This document shows positions 56,448-64,000 of a stretch of DNA of 64,000 nucleotides, piece after piece. The notes beneath the pieces are model-generated. The model worked only from the letters and a program-made list of their open reading frames with translations, was not told where the DNA came from and searched no databases. Source of the stretch: Octopus vulgaris. Taxonomy: Eukaryota. The translations under genes and the position numbers were made by a program. The stretch is from contig OX597823.1 of the NCBI GenBank assembly GCA_951406725.2, positions 50,902,001 through 50,966,000 on the forward strand. The letters are read 5' to 3'. Every line of letters starts with the position of its first letter. Position 1 is the first letter of the stretch.

Positions 56448-56859
56448 TACATCTGTATACACTCAGGTTTCACGTGTGAGTATAAATGAGTGTGTGTAGG
56501 TTCATTTGCGTTTTTGTTACAACGGGTTTTTCTCCTGAAAAGCCTACAATTATAGTAATACGATGCAAAAACAGTATACAAGCGTAAATGCTATGATATA
56601 CACAAATATAAACAAACAAATAGGTTTTATAGAAACAAATATATATAATCGCATTTGCTTGTATATATACACACACCCATGTATAGACAGAAATACATAC
56701 ATACACATAAACTGGTGCGTTCGAATAAAGAAGTAACCCTGTATGTATGTACCCCTGTTTATGTTACATTTAACTCTTCTCTGGAAAACGGACAGATATA
56801 TATAGTCATTTTCATATACAGTACCATCATCGCAGGTAAATACTCTATCATACATAAAC

Positions 56860-56923
<64 letters not shown>

Positions 56924-57959
56924 TTACGCAGGCAAATACACAAATACGTGCTGTCACACATAAAAGTATACGTATACACGATATTTTGTTTGAATAAGAG
57001 AGTTCGTGTATGCGTTCGTATGTGAGTTTTATGTCACGTAAACATACACACATGCACACGAACACACGTCCACACATACATAGACACTCATATACACGCA
57101 CGCAAAAACACACAGACATACATCTTTTCTCCTAGGCAACGTCCATTTTCAACCGGAAGGACATAGATTTGTTACTGACAGCTTGCAAACGTCACTGATC
57201 AGGGATCATGCCAACACTTGTTTTACGTTGTCTGACCACAATTTACACACACCACACATGGTGTTTTCATTACATCTCTCTATCAATAAACGCATCAGGA
57301 AATGCCTCAAGTTATTGGGCATTTAAAAAGTTTAAGAAATCAATTAATTTTTACAGGCTGAACATAAAATGATCAAAACGAACAAAATCAAAGGAAAACC
57401 AATTTCGAAATTTTACTCTCCTTTCGTACCGATCCTGATAAAATACACGAGAGAAAAAAATGCCTCAAATACAAGTTGATATATTTATATGGTATTTGTA
57501 CACGTTTATAGAGAATACAGTGTGAAACATTAATGCCTTTCTCCAAAATAATAGCGACATCATTAAACAGGATCTTAACTTTACAGTATATTGCACGAAA
57601 CATTGATTATTTATATAGTTATTGGTCTTTAGCTATGGTTGACCTTAATCAAGTATGAATTATCAAAGGTATGCCAGCGATGGATATCTTTTATTTTTCA
57701 GGCATGGTGATTCTCGAACTACGTAATCTATTGTATCGTTAGGTGGCAGGTTGTGAATTTAAGGAGATATGGTAATTATTTCTAGCATCGTGCGTTAAAA
57801 TGTAGATTCCCTACTTGCAGCTAAGAACCTACTGAATTCATGTAAATGGACCAAATTTCTTCAAGGTATGCTGTTGTAAACTTTACAGTTTCCTCTTAGT
57901 CTCTTCATGTCAAGTGAATAGAATACTTAAATAGAGATGTAGTGTATGAAAAAAAAAAG

Positions 57960-58255
57960 CGTCTTGAAGGGCCATGGAGTAGCACCTAGAAAGTTCTCCC
58001 CTGAGGAACAAGTCCGAGAAAGGTTGTTTATGAAAGACCAGCAGTTACCCATGCATACCAGACTTCGCTTTCCAAGAAAGGGGCAAAGGCCGATGCAGTG
58101 CGGCATCAGTGATGTCACAACTCATTTCTACAGTTGAGTGAATTGGAACAACGAAAAATAAGTGTTTTGCTTAAGAACACAGCCCAAACCGGGATTTGGA
58201 CACACTACCTCATGATTGTGAGCCCGACGCTCTAACAACTGAGACATGCGCCTTC
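57960..58255 (-). mobile_element. SINE family D head with a third tail type
   Basis: GTTGAGTGAATTGGAACAACG...GTGTTTTGCTTAAGAACAC...CTAACAACTGAGACATGCGCC. Confidence 0.55.
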
Positions 58256-58341
58256 TAATATGAATGATTGGTTAATTTAACTATTTGAATCCCCTTAACC
58301 ATTTTACTGCTGAAAGATACATCCACTCGAAATTTCATTAA

Positions 58342-58537
58342 CCCTTAACGGCTGGAAGGAATTTTGTATACCGATCTATCTTTTGTAGAAGAATGCCGTG
58401 TTTAAAAGTATTTTCTGTTGGGATACGTCAAGTTTACTGCGGCAACGTGACTTCCAGAAAACACTAATTCTATTTTTTGGTGAATATTTAACATTGTTAC
58501 TGGAATAACCATGACAATTAATCTCTTAGTGAAAGGG
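58342..58537. mobile_element. Possible piggyBac-type MITE
   Basis: TTAA|CCCTT ... AAGGG|TTAA. Confidence 0.4.
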
Positions 58538-59284
58538 TTAACAAAATTTTTCAATGAGACGAACTTTCTGTTAATATGAGTTTAACTATAGGGTATAGAG
58601 AACTTAATGAAAATTATAATAGATATTGGCATTCAATAAATCTAGACATTTGCTTCTCACTGAGGATATATTTTTCCATGAAGACTGATAACGCAGACAC
58701 TTCTTATACATCTTACGCAGAATCGGCATACAGAAAGTTCCTAGTTGTATCGTTTCCTCAGCAGATAATAGAATTAGCGAAGGATTTACATGCATCCAAT
58801 AGAAATATTTTACTTTCTGCTCTTATAATCTTTTGCAAGGTTTACATTAAAAATATTAAACATGTTTGCATCATCATTCCAACTTATACAATGATATATT
58901 GATCATATACTACAATTTTTGTTTCGAAATATTTAGAGTATATATAAAGATACTGTTCTTTGTAATCTATTTGAAATGATTTTATATGAAATGAAAACTA
59001 AAAGGCATTGGAGGGGCGACGCATACCCTGCGCGCATACCAGAATAAAATAAAATTTAATGCAATAAATTTATTCTTAGACGAATTCATATTTCAACAAA
59101 AAGACATCGAGTTATTTCCCCTGCTTATTGCTTATGCATATGTAACAAAGTAAAAAAACCACATTTTGATTCACTCGTCCACCAGTTTTAAAGATAATGA
59201 AAGCAAAATATAATGAGTTCGAGACACTTATCCAATGAGTATTTCTGCCAAATTTGGTGAAAATCCGTTCCGTCGTTTTCTAAC

Positions 59285-59665
59285 CCGTACTTATTTTAAC
59301 GACCCCGAAAGGATGAAGGACAAAGGCGGCCTCGGCAGAATTTGAACTCAGAACGTAAAGACGGACGAAATGACGCCAAGAATTTTGCCTGGCGAGCTAA
59401 CGATTCTACCAGTTCGTCAATGTATTTGATGCCATTAATACTGATTTCAAATTTTGGCACAAGCCCGGGAAGTTCGGCGGAGAGGATAAACCGTCGATAA
59501 CAACGACCACAATTCACAAATGGTAATTATTTTACTGACCCCGAAAGGATGAAAGGCAAGTTCGGCTTCGTTGGAATTGGAATCTGAATTCAGAATGGAA
59601 AGATGAACGAAATGCCGCCAGACATTTTGCTTAGAGTGCTAGCGATTTTGTCTGCTCTCCAGCTT
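59285..59665 (-). mobile_element. SINE family A, tandem copies
   Basis: GACCCCGAAAGGATGAA occurs twice. Confidence 0.75.
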
Positions 59666-60244
59666 GTTTGATGTCATTAATACTGAAATTAAAGAACATT
59701 GCCGCAACGAAATTTTGAAATTATTTTGTATAATATATTTTGTGTACAACAGATGTCTAACAAGCCAGTCAACAGTCGACCGCATTTTCTGGGGGTAAGA
59801 TTTACAAGAGAGGATTTGTAAGAAGTCTGTGAACTGTTCGGAAAAACATATTCATTTTTTCTTTCACTCTTTTTAACTAAGTTAAAAGTTCAAAATATCT
59901 TTTTATAGTTACTGATATGAAGGACTACTGAAGTATTTATTGAAGATTTACGCTTTTATAAATTGGCTTCAAGATATACATACAAGTGATAAAAGATTAT
60001 TTCTAAAGATTTTTTTTTTGTAGAAAAAATGCAGTTAAGTTTCTGTGAAAAATATAGAAAGCTTACTTCAGATAGAAAATGTTTAAGATGAAATGCTTAT
60101 CAAAAAGTTCCACATTTTGCCTGCAAAAGTCTTTGTTGAATTCTGGCTCAAAATTTTTTTAGAAAGAAAAAAAAAATCGATATATCAAAAGTTAGCGTTC
60201 GAAATACTGCAAGAAATATTCACTATGATTTCTGCATACACACT

Positions 60245-60680
60245 GGTGTGGATCTGATGTTTGCTTCCCAAGCACATGGTCTAAGGTTCTGATCCACTGA
60301 ACGGATATCTTAGGTAGGTTTCGTTTAGTATAGCTCCGGTTGACAAACGCCCTGAGTCGCTTTGGTAGACGAAAACTGAAAGAAGCACATTGTTAGGTAT
60401 GCACTCATACACACACACATACACACACGCACACACATATGAGGGAGTCTTTGTGTGTGTACATGTTCACCACCACCACCACTACTTGGCAACCGGTGTT
60501 GGTTTGTTTACGTCCCCGTAGCTTGCCTGTTCAGCAAAAGAAACTGATAGAACCAACACCGGTCTTAAAGAAAATAAGTACTAAGGTCAATTTGTCCAAT
60601 GTCAAGCTAAGCCCTTTCAGGAAATGCCTAAGTATGGCCGGCCGCACTCCAATGACTGAAACAAGTAAAAGAATAAAAGA
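60245..60680 (+). mobile_element. SINE family B, decayed
   Basis: TTTGGTAGACGAAAACTGAAAGAAG...ATGACTGAAACAAGTAAAAGA. Confidence 0.7.
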
Positions 60681-61339
60681 ATTAATGATAAAAGTTTTAA
60701 TAAGAAAGAGGGAAAAATCACACTTAGTGTTTAATAATTATGGGCCTACGCCTGTTTCGATGATAAGTATTTAGTTGTTCAATCAATTAAACTACATTAC
60801 TGTGTAAGTGATTGAGCACACCACAAATACGTGTACAATTAGCGTAATTCTCCACCGTAGTCAGCATGACGCAGCATGACAAAGTTGTGCCTGTAAATTA
60901 TAAATACAGTCCACCCAGCAAGCTTCATTGCAATTCCTGCCTACCTAGTTTTACTCATATTGCTTGGTACAGAAAGCTCATCAAAATTTGTTGTTGCTGT
61001 TGTTGTTGTGTAGACTCGGATAAGATCTGAGGATGCAGAACTATGTTCAAAACGTTCAAGTGATGACCATCCAGCTTTTTCTCGGGCATAGTATCTCTAG
61101 AACTACATTAACTAAATGTGATCTTCGTTGTATTAATTGTCGGATACAAAGTAGGTTGGTTTTCTACCAGTCTGAGTGACCACAAGGAAGTTATCTCTTT
61201 CTCTTGAACCATGGGGTGTCCTTGAAGTGGAACCAACAACTAACAGAAGTCATTTTATTGTATTTTTGTCTTTTATAGCAGAAATTGAAAGGTGTCTTCA
61301 TATTCCAAACTCCCAAACAAAAAATAATTAAACAAAAAG

Positions 61340-61725
61340 CTCTGATGTGTGGTAAAGAAGTTTGCTTCTCATATGGTTTTCATATGGTTCCGGATTCAGT
61401 CCCACTGCATGGCACCTTGCCCGAGTGTCTTCTACCAGCCTTGTAAGTGTATTTGGTAGACGGAAACTAAAAAAAAAAGTAGTCATATATACATACATAC
61501 ACACACACACAGACATATGAGGTATGGGTGCACGCACGGGCGCGCGCGCGTGTTTGTGTGCGTGTGCGTGTGCGTATTTTTGTGTCTATGTTTACTCTGC
61601 GCCATAATTTGACAACTCACGTTAGTGTGTTTACGTCGCCGTGCCCTACAGAAGAAGTACTAGGCTTTAAAAAAAAAGGAACTGGGGTAGATTCGTTTGA
61701 TTAAAATTCTTCAAGGTGGTGCTGA
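61340..61725 (+). mobile_element. SINE family B, decayed
   Basis: Homology to other family B copies. Confidence 0.7.
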
Positions 61726-61739
61726 AATATGTAAACGAT

Positions 61740-62115
61740 AACAAAAACAGACAAACGGATTAAGTCGATTATATTGACCCCAGTGTGTAACTGGTACTTA
61801 ATTTATCGACCACCGAAAGGATGAAAGGCAAAGTCGACCTCGGCGGAATTTGAACTCAGAACGTAACGGCAGACGAAATACCTATTTCTTTATTACCCAC
61901 AAGGGGCTAAACATAGAGGGGACAAACAAGGACAGACATAGGTATTAAGTCGATTACATCGACCCCAGTGCGTAACTGGTACTTAATTTATTGACCCCGA
62001 AAGGATGAAAGACAAAGTCGACCACGGCGGAATTTGAACTCACAACGTAACGACAGACGAAATACCGCTAAGCATTTCGCCCGGGGGTACTAACGTTTCT
62101 GCCAGCTTGCTGCTT
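61740..62115 (-). mobile_element. SINE family A, partial tandem
   Basis: Two units joined at GAAATACCTATTTC. Confidence 0.9.
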
Positions 62116-62511
62116 TACATAATGCTATAAATAAAAGCATGTAAATATTGCATATATAAAAATAAAACCAATTTCGATAGAAAAATCCCAGGTTTTATGT
62201 CGAGATGAAGGTTCCACGGACAGCCTTCGCGGGTTTTATCCAAAAAGATCTTTGAATCCAATATTAACATGTTTTCATTTATACCTTTAGATGCTTAGAA
62301 AGATTCGCAGTTCTAAAATATAAGTATATACATGCACTTGTGTTTGCGAATGTATTGTTGACGTGTTTATATATATGAGTGCTTGTATGTTCGTATAGTT
62401 CTATGTACATAACGGTAGTCTTATTTAAACAACCCTCCTTTAGAGTGGAACCTTTTTGATAGCAATAACCAGCTGATACTTTATACGAAACTTTAATTAG
62501 CAGCTTTCACA

Positions 62512-62584
<73 letters not shown>

Positions 62585-62635
62585 CATCCATCCATCCATC
62601 CATCCTATCCATCCATCCATCCATCCCATCCATCC

Positions 62636-62726
<91 letters not shown>

Positions 62727-62747
62727 CATCCATCCATCCATCCATAT

Positions 62748-63653
62748 AGGCACGCCTTCCCGCAGCTCGTCTCACTGACCGAACTGCTAACGTGGATCAG
62801 GAAGAGACCGAAACTGGGCGATTGGCACCAAGAGTGTCACCAAGCTCTACAGCAGCTCTGCCGACCGGGGTCAAACTTGTGCAACTTACAAACGACTAAA
62901 GCGTTCTATAGAGGACTAGAGGAGGGGAGGTCCGACGACACACTCGGGGCAAACCTGGGCGTCGACGAGAAATTCCTAACCCGCCTGTTCAGGACGACGT
63001 TCGGGCCGGGGCTTATGGATAACTTCCAGAAATCCCTGGCTTGGCAATGCTATCGGGACGCACTACCTGTTCGAGAGAAGAGCTACAGGCACGGTTCGAA
63101 AACCATCAACGGACCGACCTGCCCGAGATGCGGTCAGAGCGACGAAACCGTTCTGCACGCACTCGTGCAGTGTCCAGATATTTCAGAGCTGTGGAACTTC
63201 GTCGAACAGCTGTTGTCGCGTGTAGGACGGACCCGCCTATCGGCCGAGTCTATAGTCAATATTGTTCCACCACCTTCCTTTAAACGGGAAGGGAAAACGG
63301 TTTTCGTTACGCTGATGGCTATGGCGAAAGAATGTGTGTGGTGGACGCGTTTGAAAGGACTGCAAACAAACACCTTCCTCTCTGGTCAGGTTCTCGTCAA
63401 TTTTTTCAAGTACCACTTGAAAAGGAGGATGAGAATAGAGAGGAAGGCTTTGTTGAACGAATGTTTTAATAAAATGTGGGTAAAAGTGGCAAAAATGGTC
63501 AGTATGAAAGACGACACTATTTTAAACGTAAATCTGTGACCAAAAGAGACAACGAGAGGTAAGGCGACTTATCATATATTCATTTTCGAACTGTCTGAGG
63601 TGACCTTGGTTTTTTTCTGTAGGTTTTTCTTTCCAGGGCTACACCTAAACTGA

Positions 63654-63707
<54 letters not shown>

Positions 63708-63853
63708 TATACACCACACAACTCACAGATCCCTATTGATCGAACGTTTTTTTCTTTGTGTCCCACCCATCCCACCTCGAAAAGAAAAAAACTCTACATT
63801 GTATTTCGTCCATTTTTATTCTGTGTTTAGCCCTGTGTGGCCACAATAAAAAG

Positions 63854-63854
<1 letters not shown>
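62748..63854 (+). mobile_element. 5'-truncated Tx1/L1-like LINE inserted in (TCTA)n
   Basis: ORF 62877-63539 with zf-RVT-type CPRC...ETVLHALVQC; 3' UTR with AATAAA at ~63846; (TCTA)n on both flanks. Confidence 0.8.
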
Positions 63855-63918
<64 letters not shown>

Positions 63919-63940
63919 CATCTATCCATCTAGCTAGCTA

Positions 63941-63996
<56 letters not shown>

Positions 63997-64000
63997 TCTA

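Overview
Eukaryotic, AT-rich, microsatellite-saturated non-coding DNA. The repeat content is typical of a coleoid cephalopod (Octopus-like) genome; that assignment is inference. There is no intact protein-coding gene. Almost all ORF-track entries are microsatellite or SINE artefacts, and there is one plausible short exon (47071-47153). The window holds about 35 tRNA-derived SINE copies in 3-4 modular families, three DD37D (maT) mariner relics, two Penelope-like (PLE) relics, and 3' ends of CR1-like, R4/Dong-like and Tx1/L1-like LINEs. It also holds a non-autonomous Helitron, a Helentron endonuclease fragment and several MITE/foldback elements. The most interesting signal is a dense set of about 10 minimal type-I hammerhead-ribozyme motifs (stem I-CUGANGA-stem II-GAAAC-short, often palindromic stem III-GUH-stem I'). 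They fall into several unrelated short non-coding element families, mostly embedded in (TA)n tracts. Three look intact (10045-10127, 44872-44995, 55781-55853), two of them show compensatory stem changes, and one degenerate motif lies in a 463-bp partial tandem unit. Together they suggest a PLE-linked retrozyme-like system. All structures were read by eye and coordinates of decayed repeats are approximate.
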